Part shown: piece by piece, positions 29,586 to 39,468 of the stretch | Position numbering within the stretch: position 1 is the stretch's first letter | Layout: each line of letters starts with the position of its first letter | DNA from: Myxococcales bacterium | GTDB lineage: Bacteria; Myxococcota_A; UBA9042 | Direction: 5' to 3' | Assembly (NCBI GenBank): GCA_037441385.1 | Contig: JBBISH010000002.1 | Location: forward strand, 108,397-172,396 | Length of the DNA stretch: 64,000 bases | Position numbers and translations under genes: made by a program | The notes under the pieces: model-generated | The model's input: only the letters and a program-made list of their open reading frames with translations | Databases searched by the model: none | Told to the model about the DNA's origin: nothing

Positions 29586-31028
29586 ATGGACGCAACATCC
29601 CTGCACGACGAACGACTGCGACCGCAGCGTCCGAACCGGACGGGCCACGCCGCGAGCGTGCTGGTCGGGCGGAGCTTCCGAGTGGCGCGGAGTTTGGGCA
29701 CGGCCCTGGCGGCGTTGGTGGCGGTGGCCAGCGGTAGCGTAGTGCTGTTGAGCAGCCAAGATGCGCTGGCGCAAAGCGCGGAAATGAGCCTGCCGCCGAT
29801 CGCGCAAGATCGCGGTCTGCGAACGGGCGAATTCACGTTGTATCCGTCGATGGGCCTGATGACCCACTACGACACGAACTTGTTCAACGGCAGCGACAAA
29901 GAGAACAACGCGCCGATCGGCGCCACTTCGCTGCGCTTCATGCCGCGCCTGTCGCTGATCAACGACGGCAACGGCAACGTCAACTTTGCGTTCAACGGCT
30001 TGGGCGACGCGCGCCTGTACCTGTCGGACAACAACATCGTCTCGGAGCAGAAGGCCGTGGGTGGCAATCTGAACCTGGACGTGACGTTTGGCCAAAAGCG
30101 CTCGATGTCGCTGACGGTGTACAACTACTTCAATCGCGCGCTGCGCACCAACAACTGGGCCACGCTCGAAACGTTGAACCGCGTCGCCAACGACGTCGGC
30201 GCACGCGTCGAGTTCCACCCGGGCGACATCCCCGAGCGCCGGCCATTCAACATCTCGATCGGCGGCTCGTACGCGGTGGACGCCTTCGACAACTTCACGG
30301 CCGGCGACACCAGCACGATTCGCACCAAGCTGACCGGGTCGTGGCGCTTCCTGCCCAAGACGGCGGCGGTGCTCGACGCGGGCTGGGATTTCCGCAAGTA
30401 CGAGACCGCATCACTGAAGCAAGCCGGTCTGGCGGCCGACTCCAAGCCGTTCCGGGCCCGCGCTGGCTTGACCGGCGCCTTGACCAAGCGCATCAGCGCC
30501 CAGGCGTTGGCCGGTTGGGGCATGTCCACGCACGCCACCGGCAGCTCGTACAGCGGCTTCTTGGGCAGCGTGGGCGTGGGCTTGCGCGCCTCGGAGAGCA
30601 CCCGCCTGTACTTGACCTACGATCACGACTTCGTGGACTCGTTCTTTGGTAACTACGTGGCCTTCCACCGCTTTGGCGCGTCGCTCAAGCAGCGCTTTGG
30701 CAATGTGCTCGATGTGACGGGCAGCTTTGGCACCCGCCTGATGAGCTTTGGCGTGATCGAGCCCAAGGGCGTGCTGGCCAGCGGCCTGTCGTCCAGTTGC
30801 GACGGCGCGGTGGCGGGCAAGAGCGGCTGCCGCAACGACACCGGCGTGGACGCCTCGCTGGTAGCCGCGTTCGAGCTGCACCGCCTGGTGGGCATGAACA
30901 TCGGTTGGACGATGCGCAAGGTCATCACCAGCTTCAAGGTGCTGAGCGCCTCCAACACCAATCTGGTGCTCGACGTGGGCGAGTACACGGCCCACGAAAT
31001 CTACGCTACGGTGGTTCTGCGGTACTAA
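29586..31028 (+). CDS. Outer-membrane beta-barrel (EpsX/Wzp-like polysaccharide translocon)
   Basis: Signal peptide, LYPSMGL..HYDTNLF start, alternating amphipathic strands, terminal aromatic beta-signal YATVVLRY; directly upstream of OPX. Confidence 0.8.
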   Translation: MDATSLHDERLRPQRPNRTGHAASVLVGRSFRVARSLGTALAALVAVASGSVVLLSSQDALAQSAEMSLPPIAQDRGLRTGEFTLYPSMGLMTHYDTNLFNGSDKENNAPIGATSLRFMPRLSLINDGNGNVNFAFNGLGDARLYLSDNNIVSEQKAVGGNLNLDVTFGQKRSMSLTVYNYFNRALRTNNWATLETLNRVANDVGARVEFHPGDIPERRPFNISIGGSYAVDAFDNFTAGDTSTIRTKLTGSWRFLPKTAAVLDAGWDFRKYETASLKQAGLAADSKPFRARAGLTGALTKRISAQALAGWGMSTHATGSSYSGFLGSVGVGLRASESTRLYLTYDHDFVDSFFGNYVAFHRFGASLKQRFGNVLDVTGSFGTRLMSFGVIEPKGVLASGLSSSCDGAVAGKSGCRNDTGVDASLVAAFELHRLVGMNIGWTMRKVITSFKVLSASNTNLVLDVGEYTAHEIYATVVLRY

Positions 31029-31218
31029 GCTGCGCGCCGCGAATGCGCGCGGTGCGGGTGCGGCTGCCGGCCGGCCCATGCACACCGGGTCCGCGCCGGG
31101 CGTGAGCCGCGAACCCAAACTGGCCACCACTCAAGGCCAAGCGTTCGCGCCGCCCAGAGCCGTGGCCAAGCGGCCCGCCCCTCTCCGCCCTCTACTGGGA
31201 ACCAAGGCTGCCCGCCGC

Positions 31219-31875
31219 ATGATGGCGATGTTCACCAACCGAGTCCTTTGGCCAAATCCTGTGCGCGGGCAGGTGCGGTGGGTCGCTGTGGCGGCCTGGT
31301 TCGCGGCCTTGGCGCTGGTGGGCTGCTCGACCACAGCCTCGTCGACCTACAACAATGTGCCCGTCGACAGCCGTCTGGCGGTGCAGGCGGCCTCGTTGGG
31401 GCCGGGCGATGAGTTCGAAGTCCGCGTCTACGAAGAGCCAGGCCTGTCAGGCAGTTTCGTGGTCTCGCCCACCGGGCAGGTCGACTACCCGCTGCTGGGC
31501 TCGCTGACCGTGGAAGGCCTGACGCCGCAGCAGGTGTCTGGCCTGATTCGCACGCGCCTGGCGGCCAAGTACATCCGTCAGCCGTACGTGGTGGTGCAGG
31601 TCAAGACCCTGAACTCCAAGAAGATCATCGTACTGGGCGAGGTGAAGGCGCCGGGTCGCTTCAACTACGGCGATCGAATGACCATCGTCGAGGCGATCAC
31701 CTTGGCGGGCGGTTTCACGACTCTCGCCGAGCGCAACTACACGATCGTCACGCGCGGCGAGGCGGCCGGGACGCGCCGGGTGGCCGTGCCCGTCGAGAAG
31801 ATCATGCAGGGGCTGGCGGCAAACTTCTTGCTGCAGCCGGGGGACATCGTGTTCGTCCCGGAGACGATTCTGTAG
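31219..31875 (+). CDS. wza: Short OPX/Wza-like polysaccharide export lipoprotein (Poly_export + SLBB only)
   Basis: Lipobox LVG-C, LGPGDEFEVRV, GQVDYPLLG, VLGEVKAPG, LAGGF, LQPGDIVFVP then stop; no C-terminal OM helix. Confidence 0.9.
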   Translation: MMAMFTNRVLWPNPVRGQVRWVAVAAWFAALALVGCSTTASSTYNNVPVDSRLAVQAASLGPGDEFEVRVYEEPGLSGSFVVSPTGQVDYPLLGSLTVEGLTPQQVSGLIRTRLAAKYIRQPYVVVQVKTLNSKKIIVLGEVKAPGRFNYGDRMTIVEAITLAGGFTTLAERNYTIVTRGEAAGTRRVAVPVEKIMQGLAANFLLQPGDIVFVPETIL

Positions 31876-31878
31876 CCC

Positions 31879-34131
31879 ATGGCTGATCTTCCCCTCACCC
31901 TGCCGAGCAATGGCTCGTCGTTCGGGTCGCCCGAGGCGCCGTTCAATCGCGTCGTGCGCGTCGTGCGCGAGCGGCTGTGGTGGTTCCTGCTGACCGCAAC
32001 GCTGACCGTGGTGGTGGTCTTTGTGGTGGTGAAGCGGCAGACGCCGATCTACCGCGCGACGGCCATCGTCATGGTCGACACCAACGCGCCGCGCGTGCTC
32101 AGCCCCGATCTAGAGGTCGCGCCCCTGGGCAGCAACGGCTATGGCCAGCAACGCGGCTTCTACGCGGCGCAGCGGCAGATTCTGCAATCGCGCGACCTGG
32201 CGGCGATCGTGGTGAACCGCCTGGGTCTGTCGCGCGACGAGCGCTTCTTGGCCCTGAACCGCCCTGGCAAGCAACTGACCCGAGCGCAAAAGGACGCGAT
32301 CATGGCCACCGCCGACGTGGTAGATCGGAAGAGCAGCCGTGTGGTGGTCGAGTCGAGCGATGATTCGGGCGTGTTGCGCGTCTCGGTCGAGGACTCGGAC
32401 GCCGACATGGCCCGCGACCTGGTCAACGCCGTGGTGAAGGCCTACCGCGATCGCAACATCGACGTGAAGAAGCGGGTGGTCAAAGAGGCCAGCTCGGACC
32501 TGAATGCCATTTTCAAGCGGCTAGAGGGCGAGAAGGACAACAGCCTGATGGCGCTATACAATTTCGAGAAGGACCACGACTTTTCGGACACGCGCCGCAA
32601 CATGGTCAACGAGCAGATCCTGGCGCTGTCGCGCTCGCTGCGCGACGTGCACGTCATCCGTCTGCGCGCCCAGCAGGAGATGACGCAACTTCGTAAGTTT
32701 AAAGGAAATCGCGACATCTTCCTGGCTTCGGCGCCCGGCTTGATGCGCGACGGTCTGGTGGGCGAGCTCAAGCGCCGCTACCTGGAGCTCAGCGTCAAGC
32801 GCAAGGAACTGGCCGCCGCGTACCTGCCCGACCACCCGCGCCTGCAGTCCGTCGACCAACAGATGGACCAGCTGTTGACCCTGGCCATTCGCCACGCCTC
32901 TGCCCTGGCCGATGCGGCGGCCACCCAGTACCAGAACGCCTCGGCCGAAGAGGCCGACCTGGAACGCCAGCTCGTCGCGGCCCGCGCCCAAGATGCGGAG
33001 ATCCGTTTGGCCAAGATCGAGCACGACAAGCTGCAAGTGCGCCTGGACGAAGACAAGTTGTTCTACGACAAGGTCGCCAAGCGCATCACCGAGGCGGACA
33101 TCACCCGCGACATCGGCGTGAACAACGTCAACGTGTTGGACCTGGCCGTCACGCCCAAGGCGCCTGTGCGCCCCAATGTGCAGACGGGCCTGGCGCTGGG
33201 CGGCCTGTTGGCCCTCTTGCTGGGCTTGGGCACGGCGTTCCTGGTCGATCTGCTCGACAACCGCATTCGCAGCCGCGAAGACATTGAACAGTTGCTGGGC
33301 GTGCCCTACTTGGGGGCCATTCCCACGTTCGAGCCCGGCGACCCCGACGAAGGCATCCCTGTCCCCGAAGATCGCTTGGACTTGTACGTCCACTTCCGGC
33401 CCAATTCGCGCGCGGCCGAAGCGGCCCGGTCGGTGCGCACCAACTTGCTGTTCATGCGGCCGGACAAGCCCATTCGTAGCCTGCTGGTGACCAGCTCGTC
33501 GGCGCGCGAAGGCAAGTCGTCGACATCGACGACGCTGGCGGTGACGCTGGCCGCGACTTCGGGCAACGTCATCCTGATCGACACCGACCTGCGCAAGCCG
33601 CGTCTGCACCGCTTGTTTGGCCTGCCGGGCGGCGAGGGCGGTCTGACCAGCTACTTGGTGAGCCACCGGCCGATCGAGGACTTTGTCGTCAAGACCGAGG
33701 TTCCCGGCCTGGACTTCCTGCCTTGCGGCCCGGTGCCGCCCAATCCGTCCGAGCTTTTGCACGCGCAGCGGTTCAAGACCCTGGTCGAGGAAGTGCAGGC
33801 CAAGTACGAGTTCGTCGTGTTCGACTCGTCGCCTGGCACCTTGGTTACCGACCCGCTGGTGCTGGCGTCGATGGTCGACGGGGTGGTGGTCGTGGCCCAC
33901 AGCCAGGGCGCGCGCCGCGCTCAACTCAAGCAGTTCTTGGCGGGTCTGCGGGCCGTGAACGCGTCGGTCCTGGGCGTGGTGCAGTCGCGCGTGACGCAAG
34001 GCACTGGCACGTATGGCTATTACTACGCCAAGGGCTACCGGCGCGGCGCCTATCGCTACCAGTACCGCTACCAGCGCGACCCGAACAAAGAGACCGACGT
34101 GGGCGACGAGCCGCCCGCCGACGCCGGCTGA
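31879..34131 (+). CDS. wzc: Polysaccharide co-polymerase / BY-kinase (Wzc/GumC family)
   Basis: Two TMs flanking a coiled-coil periplasmic domain (YLPDHP), Walker A SSSAREGKS, IDTDLRKP, FDSSP, C-terminal Tyr cluster YGYYY..Y..YRYQYRY. Confidence 0.93.
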   Translation: MADLPLTLPSNGSSFGSPEAPFNRVVRVVRERLWWFLLTATLTVVVVFVVVKRQTPIYRATAIVMVDTNAPRVLSPDLEVAPLGSNGYGQQRGFYAAQRQILQSRDLAAIVVNRLGLSRDERFLALNRPGKQLTRAQKDAIMATADVVDRKSSRVVVESSDDSGVLRVSVEDSDADMARDLVNAVVKAYRDRNIDVKKRVVKEASSDLNAIFKRLEGEKDNSLMALYNFEKDHDFSDTRRNMVNEQILALSRSLRDVHVIRLRAQQEMTQLRKFKGNRDIFLASAPGLMRDGLVGELKRRYLELSVKRKELAAAYLPDHPRLQSVDQQMDQLLTLAIRHASALADAAATQYQNASAEEADLERQLVAARAQDAEIRLAKIEHDKLQVRLDEDKLFYDKVAKRITEADITRDIGVNNVNVLDLAVTPKAPVRPNVQTGLALGGLLALLLGLGTAFLVDLLDNRIRSREDIEQLLGVPYLGAIPTFEPGDPDEGIPVPEDRLDLYVHFRPNSRAAEAARSVRTNLLFMRPDKPIRSLLVTSSSAREGKSSTSTTLAVTLAATSGNVILIDTDLRKPRLHRLFGLPGGEGGLTSYLVSHRPIEDFVVKTEVPGLDFLPCGPVPPNPSELLHAQRFKTLVEEVQAKYEFVVFDSSPGTLVTDPLVLASMVDGVVVVAHSQGARRAQLKQFLAGLRAVNASVLGVVQSRVTQGTGTYGYYYAKGYRRGAYRYQYRYQRDPNKETDVGDEPPADAG

Positions 34132-34362
34132 TCGATCGCGCCGCGGAGCCTGCCAAGCCCCCTCGTCCGCGCAACTCGCCCGCACCACCCGCGCGACGCA
34201 TTCGGTTGATTGCCCTGAAGTTGCGTAGTTCGCGCCTGTCCCGCTTCGCAGGTCCACTCTGCAACCGGCAAGAATCTGGCGGGGACCCCGGCTCGAGCCC
34301 GGAGAATTGCCGGAGATTTCGAGCCAATCCAGACGGATTGCCTGGGATAGAGGCGCCCGGAA

Positions 34363-37215
34363 TCAGGGCTGCTGGCTAGGGTCCACCGACGGGGCCCGCT
34401 GGTGCACGTCGACGGGCGCGGTATCGGTGCCCAGCGTCGGGTCGCCTTCGTGGCCAAGTCCTGGATCGGCGGGCTCCTCGCTGCCGTCTGGCGCGCCGCC
34501 AAAGACGACGCTGCAGTCGCCCAGGCGCGCGCGTTCTTCCGCCGTGATCTTCTCGCGTTTCAGCATCACGTCGGCCACCCAGCACAACATGGCGCGGTGG
34601 TTGTCGCTGGCTTTGCCGGCCAGGAACTCGCCGTAATGGCCGGGCGGGCTGGGGATGATCGAGCCCAGCCACAGCGCCTGCAGCAGCGTCAGATCGGCCG
34701 GCGCGCGGTTGAAGTAGTGCCACGATGCGGCGCCAATGCCATAGATTTCACCGGGTCCCAGCTCGATGATGTTCAGGTACAGCTCCATCATCTGCTGCTT
34801 GGTCAGCGTGCGCTCGATCTGCCAAGTGATGACGGCCTCTTGGATCTTGCGCGAGATGGTCTTTTCGCGCTCCATGAAGAACAGATTCTTGACCAGTTGC
34901 TGCGTGATCGTCGATGCGCCGCGCACGAAGCGCCCCTTCTTCAGGTTGGCGATGGCGGCAGACTTGATGGCGTCGACCAAGAAGCCGCGGTGGCCAAAGA
35001 AGCCGCCGTCCTCGGTCGTGGTGATGACTTTGATGAAGTTGGGCGTGACCAACTCGAGCGGCACCCAGTTGGAGCTGCCGGGGCCGGTCTCGAAGCGAAT
35101 GACGTCGAACTTGGGCTCCCCCGGCGCGGGATGGCGGCGGTAGCGCACGGCCTCGTGCACAAAGGGCGCGGCGAACTTGCCAAAGTCGACCTTGTCGCCC
35201 AGCGTGACGATCTTCACTTCGCCCAGCAGCGGCCGGAAATCGAACTCCAGGCTGTTCATGTCGGCCGTGTCCAGCGAGCCGCGCACCTCGTACGACAGAC
35301 GGCCTTCGCAGCGCATCCCGGCCAGCGTGTCGGCAAAGCCCGCAGGCACCGACTGCACGACGTCCTGGCAAGCCACCGTCGGCACCGCCACGTGCACTTT
35401 GAACAGCGGCGCCGTGCGGAACCGGTCGATCGATCCGGCCAGTTCCACGCCGACCTTGCCGATCTCCAGGTGTCCCTGCTGCAGTTCGATGCGCTGGCTG
35501 TTCAGGTCCACGTCCAACTTGCCGCGGGCGGTGGCGGTGACGTGCTGGACCGTCAGCTTGGACAGGCGCGGCGACTCGATATCCACGTCGGCCAGCGTGC
35601 CCACGCCCTCCAGTGTCATCTTGCCCGCCGGCGCGTTGACCAGCAGCGACAGGTTCAGGCCGCGCAGCGCCGACGGCGGCCCAGCGAGCAGCGCCCGCGG
35701 CAACAGCGCGGCGTAAGGCTGCAGGGGCAGGTCGTCCAGCTGGACCTTGACCTCGCCCTCGCCGGTGCGCACATCGAAGCGACCCGAAGCATGATTGGTG
35801 GCCTGACGACCCGCGACGTTGAACGACATTTGCAGCGCGACCACGCCATCGCCGGGCTTGCGCTCGATGGTGGCCGAGAAGTCCGAGACTTCGCGCGCCG
35901 CACCGCGGTTTTGATCGTCGTAGCGGGCCGAACCGTGCTCGATGACCACGGCCGGCACCGGCACGCTGCCCAGGCCCGTGCGCAGGCGCGCCACTTCGCC
36001 CTGCAGGCGGTCGGCCGTCTTGCTGAACAGGCCGGTCAGGAAGGTGCGCACCACTTCGCCGTCGGGCTGGTCGGGCTTTTTGGGGTCGGGCGGCGGCAGC
36101 GGCTTGCCCTTCTGCTTCTTGCCGGCGGCTACGGGCTTCTCGGGCACGGGTTCCACTTTGGCGACCGGCGCGTCGTCGTCGTCGTCGCCGTCCGTGTTCA
36201 GCTGCGCGGGGCGCGGCCGCTGCACCACGATGACGGGCTCGCGCACCACCACCTGCTTGACGTGCAACAGGGCCTGACGAGCCGCGGCCGGCAGCTTGGC
36301 GGTCAACTGCTCGGGCAAGTCCAGGGGCGGGCCGGGTTCTTTGCTAAAGGTCGCGGCTACTTCGCGCACGTCCAGGCCATAACGGCTGCCGCTGCCGCCC
36401 TTGACCACCCGCACGTGGCCCAGGGCCAACTCGCCGCTGCTGCGCGCGGTCAATTCGCCCAGCTGGACGCTCAGGTCCCCCACGGTCAGCGACACATCGC
36501 CGGGCAGCCGTACGCTCAGTTCGCCCTGCTTTTCGGGCCAATCCAGCTGGGCATCCAGCCGCAACGGCTGAGCAAGTCCCTGCACACGCAGCGACGATTG
36601 GAGCTTGAGCTTGACTTTCTCTTGCACCGGCGAGCGGTTGTCCACATCGGCCGCACCGGCGTGGAGCCGCAAGTGGCGAGCGTCCAGGCCCGCCAGTTGC
36701 AGGGGGCCACCGCTCTCGTCGTCGATCGCGACGGTCAGACCGCGCACCTGGGTGGCCGGGACCGCGCGGCTCAGGTACTTGCGCCAGCCGCTGACCTCGC
36801 CGCTGTCCTTCTTTTCCTTGGTCAGTTGGGCGATGACGGCCTGTAGGTTGTGCTGCCCGGCGGCGTTGCGGCGCACCTGCAGCGCCGGCCGCACCACCAA
36901 GATATTCTGCAAGTACAGACGGGGGTTGAATAACCCGTCGATCTCGTAGTCCACGTCGATGCGCTCGACGCGGGCCAGCGGCGGCTCGGGCAGCCCGGCG
37001 TCGCGAACAACCACGTCGCGCAACACAACTCGTTGAGTAGGATCCACGTAGACGGCGCCAAGCTCGAGCTGCAGTCCACGTTTCTTGGCCGTTTCGACCA
37101 GCTTGCTGCGCACCGCGTCGGCCATCCAGCGGGGGGCCGCGGTGTAGGCTAGGCCAGCCAGGAACGCCAGCACCCCGACTGCCAGAGGCAGCACTATGCG
37201 AAGTGCGCGCGCCAT
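34363..37215 (-). CDS. GT51 monofunctional peptidoglycan transglycosylase with large AsmA-like N-terminal region
   Basis: EDGGFFGHRG, GASTITQQLVKN, RKIQE, ELYLN, YGIGAASWHYF; about 650 aa beta-rich N-terminus after a TM anchor; no transpeptidase domain. Confidence 0.85.
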   Translation of the reverse strand: MARALRIVLPLAVGVLAFLAGLAYTAAPRWMADAVRSKLVETAKKRGLQLELGAVYVDPTQRVVLRDVVVRDAGLPEPPLARVERIDVDYEIDGLFNPRLYLQNILVVRPALQVRRNAAGQHNLQAVIAQLTKEKKDSGEVSGWRKYLSRAVPATQVRGLTVAIDDESGGPLQLAGLDARHLRLHAGAADVDNRSPVQEKVKLKLQSSLRVQGLAQPLRLDAQLDWPEKQGELSVRLPGDVSLTVGDLSVQLGELTARSSGELALGHVRVVKGGSGSRYGLDVREVAATFSKEPGPPLDLPEQLTAKLPAAARQALLHVKQVVVREPVIVVQRPRPAQLNTDGDDDDDAPVAKVEPVPEKPVAAGKKQKGKPLPPPDPKKPDQPDGEVVRTFLTGLFSKTADRLQGEVARLRTGLGSVPVPAVVIEHGSARYDDQNRGAAREVSDFSATIERKPGDGVVALQMSFNVAGRQATNHASGRFDVRTGEGEVKVQLDDLPLQPYAALLPRALLAGPPSALRGLNLSLLVNAPAGKMTLEGVGTLADVDIESPRLSKLTVQHVTATARGKLDVDLNSQRIELQQGHLEIGKVGVELAGSIDRFRTAPLFKVHVAVPTVACQDVVQSVPAGFADTLAGMRCEGRLSYEVRGSLDTADMNSLEFDFRPLLGEVKIVTLGDKVDFGKFAAPFVHEAVRYRRHPAPGEPKFDVIRFETGPGSSNWVPLELVTPNFIKVITTTEDGGFFGHRGFLVDAIKSAAIANLKKGRFVRGASTITQQLVKNLFFMEREKTISRKIQEAVITWQIERTLTKQQMMELYLNIIELGPGEIYGIGAASWHYFNRAPADLTLLQALWLGSIIPSPPGHYGEFLAGKASDNHRAMLCWVADVMLKREKITAEERARLGDCSVVFGGAPDGSEEPADPGLGHEGDPTLGTDTAPVDVHQRAPSVDPSQQP

Positions 37216-37229
37216 CTAGAGAAAATCGC

Positions 37230-37742
37230 TCACTTGCCGCCGAACGACTTGGAGCCGGCGCTGGCCGAGATGGCGTAGATGAAGCCACCGGCCACCGCCA
37301 CGCCCGCGGCGATGAGCGTGACGGTCTTGCCGGTCGAGAGGAGGTCGACTTCGTACGCCTTGATGTTGGCCAGCGGCAGCAGTGTGTCGCGGTCCGACGC
37401 CACCAACTGGCTGGAATACATCGAGAAGTTGAACGGCGTCAGCTGGTAGCGCCGGCCGCCGTCGCTGGCGACGTACAGGCGCGTGTCGCGGCCCACCGCC
37501 ACCTTGTCGTTCTTGACGCTCTGCACCACCACGGCGTCGTTTTCGCCGCGGTTCATCAGCTTGGTCAGATCGTCGGGGTTGTCTTTGTACTGCTCTTGCA
37601 GCTTGCCGTCGTTCTCGAGTGCGGCCACCGACTGCAGGCGGCGGAATTCGTCTTGCGGCACCTGGTAGGTGTTGTAGCAGCCGGTCATCGCCAGGCCCGT
37701 GGCGCAGAGCGTGACGATGGCAGGAAGGCGAAGGTTCTTCAT
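37230..37742 (-). CDS. Lipoprotein with C-terminal hydrophobic helix
   Basis: MKN...AMTG-C lipobox; C-terminal TVTLIAAGVAVAGGFIYAI; GAGGA RBS. Confidence 0.7.
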   Translation of the reverse strand: MKNLRLPAIVTLCATGLAMTGCYNTYQVPQDEFRRLQSVAALENDGKLQEQYKDNPDDLTKLMNRGENDAVVVQSVKNDKVAVGRDTRLYVASDGGRRYQLTPFNFSMYSSQLVASDRDTLLPLANIKAYEVDLLSTGKTVTLIAAGVAVAGGFIYAISASAGSKSFGGK

Positions 37743-37785
37743 GGGTTCCTCGTTGGAGCGAGCGGCGTGGGCGATCACGGGAAGA

Positions 37786-38529
37786 TCAGGCGCGCTTGGC
37801 ACCCATGTGCTGCCAAATCGCGTTCAGGTCGGTCTGCAGCAGATAGAACGTGAGCAGGCCGCCCGTGCACAGCTGGCCAACCAAGTAGATCACGGCGCGG
37901 TCGGGCACGTTGGCACCCACGGCCTGGGCCATTTCGCTCACGTTCTTGAAGAACTTCCACATCACGATGATGCCCCAGACCGGGATGAGCAAGTGCCACC
38001 AGGTAAAGCGCTTCTCGCCCCAGAAGTTGTTGGCCTCGTCGTAGGTCTTGATCAGCCACAGGATGGCAAACACAAAGCAGATCACGTTCTTGAGCGTGGT
38101 CATGGTTGGGTCTTCAATCTTGCCAGCGGTGCGGCTGGGGCCGCGCGACGACGAAGCGCCGCGCGCCATCGGCGCCTCTTGACGCGGCTCGGGCATGCGG
38201 GGAGCTGGCTCCGAGACCCGTTGCGCCGGCCGGGCAGCGGGCTGGACGGGCGCGGGCTCGGGCTTGGGAGCCGCCGCCGCACCGCCACCTTGATTGCCGT
38301 CGAACATCGCCAGCATCTCGGGCGTCAGGTCCATCGCCACCGTGGCTTCGTTCTCGCCGATGTTCCAGGCGTCCTTCATCTCGGCGATCTGCGCGGCGCC
38401 CACCCACTGTTTGATGCGCTCGTCGTAGACGTACTCGTCCTGGGCCAAATCACCCTTCTTGGCCATGTCACGCAACTTGGCCAGATCGCAGGGGATGTAC
38501 TGACCATTCTTATGAAGCTGAAAAGACAT
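37786..38529 (-). CDS. Membrane protein, GYF_2-like N-terminus plus DUF4234-like C-terminus
   Basis: KNGQYIPCDLAKLRDMAKKGDL..DEYVY....QWV; Pro-rich linker; TMs ending QTDLNAIW. Confidence 0.65.
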   Translation of the reverse strand: MSFQLHKNGQYIPCDLAKLRDMAKKGDLAQDEYVYDERIKQWVGAAQIAEMKDAWNIGENEATVAMDLTPEMLAMFDGNQGGGAAAAPKPEPAPVQPAARPAQRVSEPAPRMPEPRQEAPMARGASSSRGPSRTAGKIEDPTMTTLKNVICFVFAILWLIKTYDEANNFWGEKRFTWWHLLIPVWGIIVMWKFFKNVSEMAQAVGANVPDRAVIYLVGQLCTGGLLTFYLLQTDLNAIWQHMGAKRA

Positions 38530-38551
38530 CGTCGGCTCCAGTTGTTTCACC

Positions 38552-38611
38552 TATCGGTGCAGATTGGGTATCGGTGCGAATAGGGTGTCGGTGCGAATAG
38601 GGTGTCGGTGC
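38552..38611. repeat. 17-bp tandem repeat x3.5
   Basis: T[A/G]TCGGTGCGAATAGGG-like units at 38552, 38569, 38586, 38603. Confidence 0.85.
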
Positions 38612-38764
38612 AAGTCGAGGATCGCTGCGAAAAGGGGGCTCTTCCAAAGGCGTTTCGTGGGTGTGGCCGGCATCGGCGGCCGGCCTGTCTCCCGACCGGC
38701 GATTGTCCAAGGACGACCGGGAGTCGTCAAGGCAGAGTCGACCGGTGGCGGGCACGCCCGCGAC

Positions 38765-39286
38765 CTAGCCGTCCAGGCCTTTGAGGCGCTTCAGGTCGGC
38801 CATCACCTTCTGGTACTCGATGTCGTACCCCTGAGTGCCCTCTTGCATGTTCTTGATGCGCTTGCGGACTTCCTGGTCCAGATCGTCGTCGACGTGGGTG
38901 TGGCGGTTGAGCACGTCGCGCAGGGTCTTGCGCAGGGTGTGGTCTTCCGCGAACACCTCTTCCACGTGGCGGCTGTGGAACAGGGCTTCGATGATCTGCT
39001 TGGTCAAGTAGTCGACCGCGCGGTCGCCGACGCCGAAATTGCGCTCTTCGGCGATTTTCTGCTTGATCTTATTGAGTTGAATGAACTCGATGCCGTCACG
39101 CGAGATGCGCTCGCGGGCTTTGTCGGTGATTTCGCGATCCGCGCGAATGTACTCGCGCAGCACGCTTTCGATGTCGAGAACGACTTCGCCAACGAGCTCA
39201 GCGTCGACTTCGATGTCTTGGTTGGCAACGAGCACCGCGACCATGTCTTGTGCGATGTTCGAAACCTTGCCTGGATACAACCTCAT
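38765..39286 (-). CDS. DUF507 family protein
   Basis: MRLY..K, DREITDKAR, KQKIAEERNF, LDQEVRKRIKNMQEGT. Confidence 0.85.
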   Translation of the reverse strand: MRLYPGKVSNIAQDMVAVLVANQDIEVDAELVGEVVLDIESVLREYIRADREITDKARERISRDGIEFIQLNKIKQKIAEERNFGVGDRAVDYLTKQIIEALFHSRHVEEVFAEDHTLRKTLRDVLNRHTHVDDDLDQEVRKRIKNMQEGTQGYDIEYQKVMADLKRLKGLDG

Positions 39287-39468
39287 GAGGGCCTCTTGGC
39301 GTGCCGCAGGAGCGGGAATTCGCGTGCGGACCGGGCGCGCGCGATCCCGGCCGCTCGACGCCAGGCCCGTAGTAGACGCGAGGGTTTAGCACATCTGGGC
39401 CATCGGCCACAAGCGCAGCGTGCGGTTTTTTCGGTCGAGCGGGGCAATTGGTGCTGCGGCACGGGTGA

